Below, piece by piece: positions 9,035 to 20,798 of a stretch of DNA of 32,000 nt. How positions within the stretch are numbered: the stretch's first letter is position 1; every line of letters starts with the position of its first letter. The stretch covers positions 120,001 to 152,000 of the forward strand of contig NZ_OZ060402.1 in the NCBI RefSeq assembly GCF_964059045.1. Reading direction: 5' to 3'. Origin of the DNA: Candidatus Saccharimonadota bacterium. GTDB lineage: Bacteria > Pseudomonadota > Gammaproteobacteria > Enterobacterales > Enterobacteriaceae. A program made the translations under genes and the position numbers. The notes beneath the pieces were generated by a model, which saw nothing but the letters and a program-made list of their open reading frames with translations, was not told where the DNA came from and ran no database searches.

Positions 9035-9300
9035 ATCTGATTTATTTAAAATTTTACTTTAAAATATCGATAAAAAAAAATATATTAAAAAATTAGTAAA
9101 TGTATTTTTTTTAAAATTAATAATTTAATTTTCAAAATAGCGATGTATTTGAATTATAGGAGTGATAATTTTTATTAAAAATATAACCAATCAAGATTAT
9201 GTAGAAATCTAAAAATAGGAAAAAATATATTTATATAATTCAAGAAGATTGTCGTTTTTCAAATCTTGATTAAAGTTAAAAATTAGATTTTTATAATATA
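9021..9300 (+). pseudogene. ihfA: Decayed relic of integration host factor alpha subunit
   Basis: In the frame of 9021, MVLNKSDLFKILL*NIDKKKYIKKLVNVFF compares with E. coli IhfA [31 protein letters not shown]. After a 1-nt frame change, the frame of 9167 reads NFY*KYNQSRLCRNLKIGKNIFI*FKKIVVFQILIKVKN*. That compares with [40 protein letters not shown] at 13/40 identities with no gap and the same length. At least six in-frame stops and one frameshift are present. The position directly after pheT matches the E. coli pheST-ihfA order. Confidence 0.7.
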
Positions 9301-9875
9301 TTAGATTTGAATAATAATAATTATTGTTTAATGATCAATATATATTTTATTCAACAATATTTAATAAAAATATATGGTGTTTTAATTTTATAAATGATTA
9401 TTTATAATTTTTAGATTATATATAAATTATATAGTATATATTTTTAAAAAAATTCAATGATATAGAATAATTTATTATTGAAGATCAGTGATTACTGATT
9501 GAAAAATATAATAATATTCTTTCAATAAAAAAATATTGTTTATGATTGTTATTTATTTTAATATTTTTTTAAAATTATTTTAATAGAATTATATTTTTAT
9601 TTGTTCTGTTTTAAATATTGCAAATAATAAATATAAAAGTTATATATTATATTTTTATGAATATTATATTTTTTAAGATTGAATTGATCGTTTATTTTTA
9701 TCATGTATCTTAAATATTTTTTTAAAATTTTATCATAATAGTATTTTAAAAATTACAGGTTAAATATTTTTATAATTGCAAAAATATAAAATTATGATTA
9801 ATGTATATTGATATAAATATAATTTTAATTATTCATGATTTTTTTATTTGATAATATTTTATAATATATGGTTAG

Positions 9876-11156
<1,281 letters not shown>

Positions 11157-11512
11157 AAAATTCATTTTTATTTAATTAGTCAAAATAAATTTAAAATAAT
11201 AAAAATTGATTTATTTGATACATTAAGTATAGGATTATTAAAGATTATTAAATGATGACTAGATACAATTTTTATATTCAATCAATATACAGATTTTAAT
11301 TTCAGTATAAAATAATTAAAATTTATTTATTCATAATAAAATTTTTATCTGATGAATTTTATTTAATTTTATTTAATAATTTTTATAATAAATTTTTTAT
11401 TTTTTTAAAAGACTAATTTAAAAAGCAATATATAAAATAATTAATATATTTTTTAAAACAACATTATTTTAATGTAAGATAATTGTATATATATGTTTTA
11501 AAATATATTATT

Positions 11513-11542
11513 TTGCCACATAATAATATGTATTAGTGGCAA
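11513..11542. terminator. Hairpin between convergent tgt and glyS; possible shared terminator
   Basis: ttgccac (11513-11519) pairs with gtggcaa (11536-11542) around a 16-nt loop. On the plus strand it is followed by tttgatt. It lies 40 nt beyond the glyS stop, but on the minus strand the trailing sequence (aaataat) has no T-run. Confidence 0.4.
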
Positions 11543-11581
11543 TTTGATTAATAATTTATACTAATTAACATTTTTATTATT

Positions 11582-13657
11582 TTATTCTTTTATTTCTAAT
11601 ATAGAAAAATCACCAATATTTAAAAATATTTTTTCTACTTTTTTTAATAAATTTAATCTATTTATTTTTATCATGTCATTATTATGATTAATAATTGTTG
11701 AATTAAAAAAATTATGTATAGGTGTATTTAGTTGTATTATATTGATAATGATTGTTTGGTATTGATAAGTTTTATATAAATTTTTTGATTGTTTTTCTAT
11801 TTTTTGTATTGAATCAAATAAGATTTTTTCATCGAAGGATTCAAGTAAAGAAATATTAATTTCATTATATTGAAGACAATTAAATTTTTTTAAAATATTA
11901 GTAATTCTTTTTATAGCTAAAATAACTGATTGAGCATCTTTTAGTGTGATAAAATATTCAAGTGCTTTTATTCTTAAATCAATTTTTATTAAATTAGTAT
12001 TTTTTTTTGTTAATGCAGATTGAATACAATAATGATTATAGCCTTTTTTTTGATATAGATCATATAATCTATTCATTATAAATTTTAAAATTTCTTTTTT
12101 TTTATGATCTTTTTTGATATTTAATTGATATAATTCTAAAGATTTTTCAGTTAATTGTTCAAGATTAATAGATATTTTTTTTTCAATAATAATTCTTAAA
12201 ATTCCAATAGCTGATCTACGTAATGCAAAGGGATCTTTATTTGACGAAGGTATTTGGTCTATACTAAACATACCAGTAATTAAATCTATTTTATCTGCAA
12301 TAGATAAAATATCACCAATGTTATTTTTAGGTAATATATCTCCAGAAAAATCAGGTTTGTATTGATCTTGAATAGCAATAGCTATGTCTTGTTTCACTCC
12401 ATCCATTAAAGCATAATGCATTCCTATTGTTCCTTGAATATTTGGAAAAGCAATAACCATATTACTAATTAAATCACATTTTGATAAAGTAGCTGCAAGA
12501 TATACATCTTTAGTATTAGCATTTGTTTTTTTTGCAATATATTTTGATAGTTTTTGTAATCTTTTTGTTTTATCAAATAAATTACCGAGGTTTTTTTGAA
12601 ATATTATATTTTTTAATAATGTGAATAAATCTTCTAATTTATTTTTTCGGTCTTGATTAAAAAAAAATTGAGCGTCAGATAATCTAGAATTAATTACTTT
12701 TTCATAACCATTAATAATATTTTTTGTATCATTACTTTCAATATTACTGATAATAATAAAGTAAGTTGTTAAAATTTTTTGATTATATATTGGAAAACAT
12801 TTTTGATCATGCTGAATAGTGTTGATAATAGCTATTTCTGGTAATTTTAAAAAATTTTTTTCAAATTGAGCTAAATGAATTACAGGCCATTCTACTAATG
12901 AAGTAATTTCATCTAATAATTCATTATTAATGAGAATATTACCATTAATATTTTTTGCTGTAAGCATGCATTGATTTTTAATGAATTCTTTTCTTTTTTC
13001 ATAACATGCTATGACATTCCCTTCTTGAAACAATTTTATTGGATATTCATCAGCATGATTTAAATGAATATAATTATTTCCTAAAATTTGATGTCCTCTA
13101 ATTAAACAATTGGACGAAATATCAAATGTTATTAATGGAATGATGATATCATTATACATTAAAGTTATAGTTCTTATTGGTCGAAAAAATTTTTTTTTAG
13201 ATTGATTCCATTGCATTAATTTTCCAATTGATATTTTTTTTATTGAAGATTCGATAATTTTTGCAAATATATTAATATTTATTTTTTTTTGTATATTTTT
13301 TTTATATGCTATCCATTTTTTATTTTTATTATGTAAGATAAAAGTATCTTTTAAGGTAATTCCTATTTTTTTCATCCAAAATATAGTATGATTATTTGTT
13401 TTATCTGTTTCATCAAATGTATTTTGAATTAGTGGACCTTTGATAATAATTTGTTTTTGTGATGTTTGTATATGAATATCATGTATTTTTACTGCTAATC
13501 TTCTAGGAGTTGCAAACCATTTTATGGTGCTATATTTAATATTATTATTTTTTATTTCGGATTTTATATTTTGATAAAAAGATAGTCCAATATTATATAA
13601 TTTTTTAGCAGGTAATTCTTCTACTCCTAATTCTACTAAAAATGTATTATTTTTCAT
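11582..13657 (-). CDS. glyS: Glycine--tRNA ligase beta subunit
   Basis: The 691-aa ORF (E. coli about 689 aa) begins [18 protein letters not shown], compared with E. coli MSEKTFLVEIGTEELPPK. It contains DPFALRR. It overlaps glyQ by 11 nt (ATGAAAAATAA). Confidence 0.95.
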   Translation of the reverse strand: MKNNTFLVELGVEELPAKKLYNIGLSFYQNIKSEIKNNNIKYSTIKWFATPRRLAVKIHDIHIQTSQKQIIIKGPLIQNTFDETDKTNNHTIFWMKKIGITLKDTFILHNKNKKWIAYKKNIQKKININIFAKIIESSIKKISIGKLMQWNQSKKKFFRPIRTITLMYNDIIIPLITFDISSNCLIRGHQILGNNYIHLNHADEYPIKLFQEGNVIACYEKRKEFIKNQCMLTAKNINGNILINNELLDEITSLVEWPVIHLAQFEKNFLKLPEIAIINTIQHDQKCFPIYNQKILTTYFIIISNIESNDTKNIINGYEKVINSRLSDAQFFFNQDRKNKLEDLFTLLKNIIFQKNLGNLFDKTKRLQKLSKYIAKKTNANTKDVYLAATLSKCDLISNMVIAFPNIQGTIGMHYALMDGVKQDIAIAIQDQYKPDFSGDILPKNNIGDILSIADKIDLITGMFSIDQIPSSNKDPFALRRSAIGILRIIIEKKISINLEQLTEKSLELYQLNIKKDHKKKEILKFIMNRLYDLYQKKGYNHYCIQSALTKKNTNLIKIDLRIKALEYFITLKDAQSVILAIKRITNILKKFNCLQYNEINISLLESFDEKILFDSIQKIEKQSKNLYKTYQYQTIIINIIQLNTPIHNFFNSTIINHNNDMIKINRLNLLKKVEKIFLNIGDFSILEIKE

Positions 13658-14573
13658 ATAGTATTCCTTTTTTTTTACACAATGGAAATCCTAAATTTTT
13701 TCTTCTAAGATAATATTTTTCTGCTATTTTTTTTGTTGTCTTTCTAATTTTTAATATATAATTTTGTCTTTCAGTTGTAGAGATTGCTTTTCTAGAATCT
13801 AATATATTAAAAATATGATTAGAATGTAAAATACATTCATAGGCTGGTAGTAATAGATTATATTTATCAGAGAGAATTCTATTGGCTTCATCAAGATATT
13901 GATTAAAAATTTTTAGTAAAAATTTAATATTAGCTACTTTGAAATTGTATTCAGATTGCTCTTTTTCATTTTCTAAAAATAAATCTCCATATGTAGTTTT
14001 ATTTAATTTATTTTGATGCCAAATAATAGAATATACATTCTTTTTATTTTGAAGATGCATTACTAATCTTTCTAATCCGTAAGTAATTTCTGCAGTAACA
14101 GGGTTGCATTCTAATCCACCCATTTGTTGAAAATAAGTAAATTGACTAGTTTCCATTCCATTTAACCATATTTCCCATCCTATACCCCATGCTCCTAATG
14201 TTGGATTTTCCCAATTATCTTCAACAAATCTTATATCGTTATTTTTATTATCAATATTTAATATTTTTAATGAATTTAAATATAGTTCTTGTATATTATT
14301 TGGAGCAGGTTTGATAATTACTTGAAATTGATAGTAATGTTGTAATCTATTGGGATTGTTACCAAAACGACTATCTAATGGACGTCTTGATGGTTGAATA
14401 TATGCAATTGATGTTGGTTCTGGTCCTATTGTTTTAAGAAATGTATGATAATGAAATGTACCAGCCCCAACAGATAAATCTAATGGTTGAAGAATAGTAC
14501 ATCCTTCTTTGAGCCAATATTTTTTTAAATTATTTATAGTATTGTAAAAAGTATTTTGTTTTTTTTGATACAT
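13647..14573 (-). CDS. glyQ: Glycine--tRNA ligase alpha subunit
   Basis: Conserved blocks are [70 protein letters not shown] and ITYGLERL.M. Confidence 0.96.
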   Translation of the reverse strand: MYQKKQNTFYNTINNLKKYWLKEGCTILQPLDLSVGAGTFHYHTFLKTIGPEPTSIAYIQPSRRPLDSRFGNNPNRLQHYYQFQVIIKPAPNNIQELYLNSLKILNIDNKNNDIRFVEDNWENPTLGAWGIGWEIWLNGMETSQFTYFQQMGGLECNPVTAEITYGLERLVMHLQNKKNVYSIIWHQNKLNKTTYGDLFLENEKEQSEYNFKVANIKFLLKIFNQYLDEANRILSDKYNLLLPAYECILHSNHIFNILDSRKAISTTERQNYILKIRKTTKKIAEKYYLRRKNLGFPLCKKKGILYEK

Positions 14574-14761
14574 ATATTATCCTAAAAATATAAAAATATA
14601 AAAAATAAACACTGATTATATATTATACATATTGTAAGATTTTTATTTAATATATATTTTGGTAAAATTTTTTGTCTTTTTTTTATCATATTAAATTATT
14701 ATAATATAGTTTTTTGACTGTATTCATCAATTAAGGTAATATATTTAATTTAATTAAAAAA

Positions 14762-14864
14762 TATAATAAATATATTCAATATAAAATGTTCCCAATAAAT
14801 TATTTATATATTTTATATATAAATAATTTATTGGGAACATTTTATATTGAATATATTTATTATA
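14762..14864. repeat. 103-bp perfect palindrome (50-bp arms, 3-nt centre)
   Basis: I paired every position by hand. Positions 14762-14811 are the exact reverse complement of 14815-14864, and the centre ttt occupies 14812-14814. Pairing ends at 14761/14865 (a:a). The element lies in the 583-bp spacer between divergently transcribed glyQ and nfo. Confidence 0.95.
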
Positions 14865-15156
14865 ATAGATTTTTTATAAGTATTTTATAATTATCAAGTG
14901 TTGATTAGAACTAAAATTTATTTTTTGTATTTTATAAAAATATAACATTTTTGATATTTTTTATTATTTTAAAAATATAGTTTTGAAAATTTAATTAATA
15001 AATTGATATATATTAATATTCGTAAAACAATATTTTATCAAATTAATATATATATGACATTGTTTAATTAAAATAATTTCATTTAAAAATTATTAATCAA
15101 ATGATATTAAATTTATTTAATATTTTTATTCTATATCATAAAAAGGAATATTATTT

Positions 15157-15996
15157 ATGAAATATATAGGCGCTCATGTTAGTTCTGCTGGTGGATTATA
15201 TCAATCAGTAGTACGTGCTCATAAATTAGGAGCTACCGCTTTTGCTTTTTTTACTAAAAATCAATTGCAATGGAAAACTTCTATCTTAAAGAATGAAGAT
15301 ATTTTTAAATTTAAATTTGAATGTCAAAAATACAATTTCTTACCTAAATATATTTTACCTCATAGTAGTTATTTAATTAATCTTGGACATCCAAAAAAAG
15401 ATCTACTATATAAATCTAGAATAGCTTTTATAGAAGAAATCATTCGATGTGAACAACTAGGACTTGAATTATTAAATTTTCATCCTGGTTGTCATTTGAA
15501 TCAAATAGATGAAAATCTTTGTTTAAGTAAGATTTCGGATTCAATAAATTATGCTATAAAAAATACTAAAAAAATTATTTTAGTTATAGAAAATACTGCT
15601 GGTCAAGGTAGTCATGTTGGTTATCATTTTAATCATTTAGAAAAAATTATTAAAAATATTAATGATCAATCTCGTATAGGTGTTTGTTTAGATACTTGTC
15701 ATTTATTTTCTGCTGGATATGATTTACGCACTAAATCGGAATATTTAAGTACTTTTAAAAAATTTGATAAAATAATAGGTTTTAATTTTTTGCGTGGAAT
15801 GCATTTGAATGATACTAAAAAATCTTTAAATAGTCGTATAGATAGGCATCATAGTTTAGGGAAAGGAATGATAGGATATAATTTTTTTTCTAGAATTATG
15901 CAAGATGATAGATTTCAAGATATTCCAATAATTTTAGAAACTATTAATAATAATATATGGAAATATGAAATTAATTGGTTAAAACAATATTTATAG
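15157..15996 (+). CDS. nfo: Endonuclease IV (AP endonuclease)
   Basis: [65 protein letters not shown] and DRH..LG are all Nfo signature blocks. An aagga Shine-Dalgarno sequence lies upstream. Confidence 0.95.
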   Translation: MKYIGAHVSSAGGLYQSVVRAHKLGATAFAFFTKNQLQWKTSILKNEDIFKFKFECQKYNFLPKYILPHSSYLINLGHPKKDLLYKSRIAFIEEIIRCEQLGLELLNFHPGCHLNQIDENLCLSKISDSINYAIKNTKKIILVIENTAGQGSHVGYHFNHLEKIIKNINDQSRIGVCLDTCHLFSAGYDLRTKSEYLSTFKKFDKIIGFNFLRGMHLNDTKKSLNSRIDRHHSLGKGMIGYNFFSRIMQDDRFQDIPIILETINNNIWKYEINWLKQYL

Positions 15997-16076
15997 AGTA
16001 TATCTATTTTATTTTCTTAATGAATTATATTAATATATATATTATTTTCAATTTAAATTAAATATGGAAAATTTAT

Positions 16077-16367
16077 ATGTTAAAAATCGATGTTTTGGAA
16101 AAAAATCGTTCTGGAACAAATTTTAGTCGTAATTTACGCATTAAAAGTAAATTACCAGCTATAATTTATGGTAACAAACAAAAAAATATTAGTATTATAC
16201 TTGATCATGATTTTATTTTTAATATACATTTACAAGATCAATTTTATAAAAATAATTTAATTTTAATGCTCAATACAATGAAATATTTTGTCAAAGTACA
16301 GTCTATTCATTATCATGTTTTTAAACCTAAATTATTACATGTAGATTTTATTTTAGTTGATAAGTAA
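16077..16367 (+). CDS. rplY: 50S ribosomal protein L25
   Basis: The 96-aa ORF is collinear with E. coli L25 (R.LR...K.PAIIYG, LDHD, H.YKPK.LH.DF). Confidence 0.9.
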   Translation: MLKIDVLEKNRSGTNFSRNLRIKSKLPAIIYGNKQKNISIILDHDFIFNIHLQDQFYKNNLILMLNTMKYFVKVQSIHYHVFKPKLLHVDFILVDK

Positions 16368-16400
16368 TGTATTATATTAGTAGAGAATAAAAATAGCTAA

Positions 16401-16445
16401 AATTGTTACTGTAAATCTTGATTTATATTCATATCAGTAACAATT
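16401..16445 (-). terminator. Hairpin between convergent rplY and yabI; best fits a yabI terminator
   Basis: aattgttactg (16401-16411) pairs with cagtaacaatt (16435-16445), an 11-bp perfect stem with a 23-nt loop. Read on the minus strand, the stem runs into ttttagctattttt. Confidence 0.45.
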
Positions 16446-16490
16446 GTTAGTCTGATGATTTAAAACAAATTATTTATATTTGGTTTTTAA

Positions 16491-17261
16491 CTATATAAAA
16501 ATTTTAATTATTAATTTTCTTAATAATATCATATCAGGGTGATACTGAATGGCTATGATTGTAGTTAATCCGATTACGATGCAACTAATACCAACAAATA
16601 ATGTTTGTTTTATAGAAAATATAAAAAAATAAGTTTGTTTATTTTTATATTTTTTTAAACATTTTATAAGGATCCAAATTCCAATCCAAATCATAATAAT
16701 TGTAAATATTAAAATCCATTTTAAATTGTTTAAATTATTGTAATTAGTTATAGATTGGTTATGAATTAAAATACCTGTAAAAATTCCTGGTAAAAAATAT
16801 AATGGAGGCCATAAGATACAACCAATAATATTTGGTATAATAAATTTTATTATTGGTAGTCTTAACATACCAGATACTAAAGGAATAATAGGTCTAGCAG
16901 GACCTATAAATCTTCCTATTAATATAGTTAAAAAACTATGTTTATATAATGCTATTTTTGTTTTTTGTAATAATAAAAAATTTTTTTTAAGGAAATTTAA
17001 TTTTGATATGAAATTCTTAAATTTCCATCCCATATAATATGAAATCCAATCACCTGCAATACATCCTATTATGCCTGCTATCCAGGCTGGATAAAAAAGT
17101 AGTTTTCCATTTCCTATTAAGGTACCTAACGATGCCATTAAAACTATTCCAGGTAAAAAAAGTCCTACTATTGCTAATGATTCTAAAAAAGCAATGATAG
17201 TAACTGTTATTAGTAAGTATATTGTAGGTAATGTTATTATATATTTTAACCAGTATTCCAT
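16491..17261 (-). CDS. yabI: DedA-family inner-membrane protein
   Basis: The 256-aa ORF is collinear with E. coli YabI as recalled (AFLESLA.VGL.LPG.VLMA.LG.LIG.G, AW.AGIIGC..GDWIS...GW.FK, FLKKN, H...FTIL.GRF.GP.RP..P.V.GML.LP..KF..PNIIGC.LWPP.YFLPGI). Confidence 0.9.
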   Translation of the reverse strand: MEYWLKYIITLPTIYLLITVTIIAFLESLAIVGLFLPGIVLMASLGTLIGNGKLLFYPAWIAGIIGCIAGDWISYYMGWKFKNFISKLNFLKKNFLLLQKTKIALYKHSFLTILIGRFIGPARPIIPLVSGMLRLPIIKFIIPNIIGCILWPPLYFLPGIFTGILIHNQSITNYNNLNNLKWILIFTIIMIWIGIWILIKCLKKYKNKQTYFFIFSIKQTLFVGISCIVIGLTTIIAIQYHPDMILLRKLIIKIFI

Positions 17262-17614
17262 AATTACTCATTGTTGAAGTTTTTGATTGAATTTTATTAA
17301 TTTTTTTATATATTTTTATATATGTTTATATTATATACAATACTGATTTTATTATTATACTACAAAATATTATTAATATAAATATGAATTGTTTTATGCA
17401 TTTGTAAATTGTTAAAAAAAAATATATATATATTTATATATTATTTTTAAAAGAAATATATTAATATGAAATTTATATTTTAATAATTTAATATTGAAGA
17501 ATAATATTTTTATTTTTATTTTTTTATTTTAATGATAATTTAAATAATTATATAAAATTATGAATTTAAAATTATATTTTTTAAATATTCACCAAATATT
17601 ATGACAATTTTATA

Positions 17615-18916
17615 ATGAAAAAATGGATTCTATTAATTTTTTTAATGGTAGTAAATATAAAAAATACTTATGCATTGCCATTATTGATGAATAAAACAAT
17701 TGCTATTGTAAACGATCAAATATTATTAGATAATGATGTACAAAAAAATATAATTTTTTCAAAAATGCAATTTTTAAAAAATAATATATTATTTCCAAAT
17801 AATAATTTTTTATACAAAAATATTGAAAAAAAATTAATTATAGATAAGATTATATTAAATTCAATTGATAAAATAGATTGGAAATTTTTTAATCATCCTT
17901 TAAATTTTAATATGCAACGCATATTAAAGAATAATGATATAAAAGAATTACAATTTAAAAAATATTTAAAATTATTACATCAAGTTAATAATTATAGTTA
18001 TCAAGATTATCAACAATGTATACAAAATTTATTAATGATTTCTGCATTTTCAATTGATGTGATTGAACATTCTATTCATATTAAAAATTCAGAAATCAAT
18101 TCTTTTGCTCAATTTCTTTTAAATCATAATAAAACTATTGATAAAATTAAATTAGGTGTTTTGTTTCTACCGTTTTTATCTAGTAAATTTAATTATGATG
18201 ATCAATCTACTACAATATTTTTTAAAAAGATTATTAATAATTCTAAAACAGGTTTTGTATTAAAAAAAATAAATTATGTATATCAAAATAAAAATAAGAA
18301 TTGTTTTTTCAGTCGCAATCAATGGGTTACAATAAAAAATGTAAAATTACATTATCATATTGATTTTAAAAAATTAAAAAAAGAAGGTATTTATAATGTA
18401 TTAAAAACGAAAACTGGATATTATATATTTAAAATTATTGATTTCAGAAAAAAAAATAAAATATTTTTTAAAAATGAATTTTTATTAAAACATATTATGG
18501 TAAAATACCATCATTCATCTTCTCAAAAAGATCAATCATATAAAAAAATAAAAAGTATTTATTTCAATATAAAAAATAACCTTTATAGTTTTGAAGAAGC
18601 AGCAAAAAAATTTTCTGAAGATGTTATGTCTTCTTATCAAGGTGGTAATTTAGGTTGGTTAAATCAAAATATTTTTAAATCAAATATATTATTAAAAATT
18701 TTGCAAACAAAAAAACAAGATATTTCAATTCCAATTTTATTGGATCATAGTTGGCATATATTTCGTATAGATAATATTAGGTCTGTGAATATCACTAATG
18801 ATATAGCTAAACAATATTCTTATCATTTTATTTTGCATCAAAAAATTAATCAATTAATAAAATATTGGAGAATGCATTTATACAATAATAATTATGTAAA
18901 AATTTTGCATAATTAA
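17615..18916 (+). CDS. surA: Periplasmic chaperone / peptidyl-prolyl isomerase SurA (divergent)
   Basis: It has an N-terminal signal peptide (MKKWILLIFLMVVNIKNTYA). A second parvulin-type motif (FSED..S..QGGNLGW) and the C-terminus YVKILHN (E. coli YVKILSN) are retained. The first parvulin domain is poorly conserved. It sits upstream of rsmA, as in E. coli. Confidence 0.85.
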   Translation: MKKWILLIFLMVVNIKNTYALPLLMNKTIAIVNDQILLDNDVQKNIIFSKMQFLKNNILFPNNNFLYKNIEKKLIIDKIILNSIDKIDWKFFNHPLNFNMQRILKNNDIKELQFKKYLKLLHQVNNYSYQDYQQCIQNLLMISAFSIDVIEHSIHIKNSEINSFAQFLLNHNKTIDKIKLGVLFLPFLSSKFNYDDQSTTIFFKKIINNSKTGFVLKKINYVYQNKNKNCFFSRNQWVTIKNVKLHYHIDFKKLKKEGIYNVLKTKTGYYIFKIIDFRKKNKIFFKNEFLLKHIMVKYHHSSSQKDQSYKKIKSIYFNIKNNLYSFEEAAKKFSEDVMSSYQGGNLGWLNQNIFKSNILLKILQTKKQDISIPILLDHSWHIFRIDNIRSVNITNDIAKQYSYHFILHQKINQLIKYWRMHLYNNNYVKILHN

Positions 18917-19054
18917 TAGATTTTTAAATTTTCATAAATTAAATTTATTTGAAAAATATAAAAATATTTTTGATTTATTTTTTGGACATAAAAAAATATT
19001 TAGTTATTATTATTAATTTGTTATACTTTTTATAAAAAAAATTAATGGAAAAAC

Positions 19055-19863
19055 ATGAAGAAAAAATTATATTTAGGACATTTTCCTTCTAAATTTTTAG
19101 GTCAGAATTTTTTAATTAATCAAATTATTATTGATCAAATTGTTCATAGCATTAATCCAAAATTAAAAGATATATTAGTAGAAATCGGTCCTGGACTAGG
19201 GGCTTTAACAAAAAAAATTTCTGGATTTGTTGATGAATTAATAGTGATTGAAGTGGATCCTAATTTAATTAATAAATTAAAAAAATATAAATTTTCAAAA
19301 AAATTAAAAATTTTTTTATCAAATGTTTTATATTTTAATTTTTTAAATTTATTTAATAAAAAAAAAATATAAGAATTTTTGGTAATTTACCGTATAATAT
19401 TTCTACTGAAATTATTATTTATCTTACTCAATTTTCTAATATTATTGATGATATGAATTTTATGTTGCAAAAAGAAGTAGCAAATCGTTTATTAGCTAAA
19501 CCAAATACAAAAAGTTATGGTCGTTTAAGTGTGATTGTGCAGTATTTTTTTAATGTTAATTTTTTATTTAATATTCATTCAGAATCTTTTTTTCCTATTC
19601 CCAAAGTTCAATCTTCATTTTTAAAATTTATTCCTCATATCGATTGTCCTTATTTTTTAAAAAATATTGATACTTTATCTTTTGTTACAAAAATAGCTTT
19701 TAATCAAAGAAGAAAAATAATTTTAAATAGTTTGCGTGGTTTTTTTAATTCTTGTATTTTAAATAAATTAGGAATTTCACCTTTTTTACGTGCTGAGAAC
19801 ATATCAGTAGAACAGTATTGTGTTTTAGCAAATTATATTTATGATCATAAATTATATAAATAA
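19055..19863 (+). pseudogene. rsmA: 16S rRNA (adenine1518/1519-N6)-dimethyltransferase split by a frameshift in an A10 tract
   Basis: The N-terminal ORF (19055-19372) carries GQNFL and the SAM motif VEIGPGLGALT. The downstream frame is open from 19360 and encodes RIFGNLPYNISTEII...MNFMLQKEVANRL...YGRLSV..QY...AFNQRRK...RAENISVEQYC. The two halves abut at aaaaaaaaaa (19358-19367). One extra A (or two fewer) gives ...FNKKKNIRIFGNLPYNIST, collinear with E. coli KsgA. Confidence 0.85.
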
Positions 19864-19978
19864 TATATCTATATATAGAAAGATAATAGGATTTATTATT
19901 AGTATAATTCAATTTATTAATCTATCAAAATAAATGTATTAATATTTTTAATTTTAAAAATTTTTATTAGGATACAAT

Positions 19979-20794
19979 ATGAGTACGTATTTTGTTGGGG
20001 ATGTCCATGGTTGTTTTTATCAATTACAAAATTTATTGAAAAAAGTTAATTTTAATATTAAACAAGATATCATTTGGTTTACTGGAGATTTAGTAGCCAG
20101 AGGACCTGATTCTTTAAACGTTATTAAATTAATTTATTCTCTTGGAATTCATGCTCGTGTAGTATTAGGAAATCATGATTTAAATTTATTAGCAGTTCAT
20201 GCTGGTATTAGAAAATATCAAATTTCCGATAATTTTATAGATTTATTAGAATCTAGTGATATTGATATTTTTATCAATTGGTTAAGAAATTGTCCGATTT
20301 TAATAGTAGATCAAAATAAAAAAATATTAATGTCTCATGCAGGTATTTTCCCATATTGGAATATATCAACAGCTATAAAATATGCTAATAAAATAGAAAA
20401 ACAGTTAATAGGTCCGAATTATATAGATTTTTTATCTAATATTTATGGTGATTTTCCAGATTCATGGAATTCTCAATTAAATGAAATAGATCAATTACGT
20501 TTTAGCATGAATGTTTTTACTAGAATGAGATATTGTTTAATGAATGGAAAACTAGATTTTTCATGTAAATCTGCTCCTAAATTAAAATTAAAAAATTTAA
20601 TTCCATGGTTTTTAATGAAAAATCAATTGTTTCTGGAAGATTACACAGTAATATTTGGTCATTGGTCGACTTTAAGAGGTTTTAAAACTCCAAAAAATAT
20701 AATATCTTTAGATACAGGTTGTTGTTGGGGAAATGAATTAAGCATGTTAAGATGGGAAGATCAAATTTATTTTAAAGAATCATTTTATCATTAA
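19979..20794 (+). CDS. apaH: Bis(5'-nucleosyl)-tetraphosphatase, symmetrical
   Basis: MSTYFVGDVHGC, GDLVARGP.SL and LGNHDL.LL are metallophosphoesterase motifs collinear with E. coli ApaH. An agga Shine-Dalgarno sequence lies upstream. Confidence 0.93.
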   Translation: MSTYFVGDVHGCFYQLQNLLKKVNFNIKQDIIWFTGDLVARGPDSLNVIKLIYSLGIHARVVLGNHDLNLLAVHAGIRKYQISDNFIDLLESSDIDIFINWLRNCPILIVDQNKKILMSHAGIFPYWNISTAIKYANKIEKQLIGPNYIDFLSNIYGDFPDSWNSQLNEIDQLRFSMNVFTRMRYCLMNGKLDFSCKSAPKLKLKNLIPWFLMKNQLFLEDYTVIFGHWSTLRGFKTPKNIISLDTGCCWGNELSMLRWEDQIYFKESFYH

Positions 20795-20798
20795 AAAA

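Noticed and set aside
9374-9412. YGVLIL*MIIYNF, which faintly resembles the QueA C-terminus (SYGDAMFITYN)
   Set aside because: The match needs an indel. It would also place the QueA C-terminus only about 75 bp after the ihfA relic, leaving no room for the rest of the gene. I judge it coincidental.
14831-14866. The idea that the 103-bp palindrome encodes mirror-image divergent promoters for glyQ and nfo
   Set aside because: I tried -35/-10 pairings (ttggga, ttgaat, tataat, tattta). None has acceptable spacing of 16-18 nt together with good hexamers, and TATAAT-like words are everywhere in this composition.
17050-17271. A 73-aa ORF on the minus strand overlapping yabI in another frame
   Set aside because: It is an out-of-frame overlap with the conserved DedA-family frame and has no supporting features.
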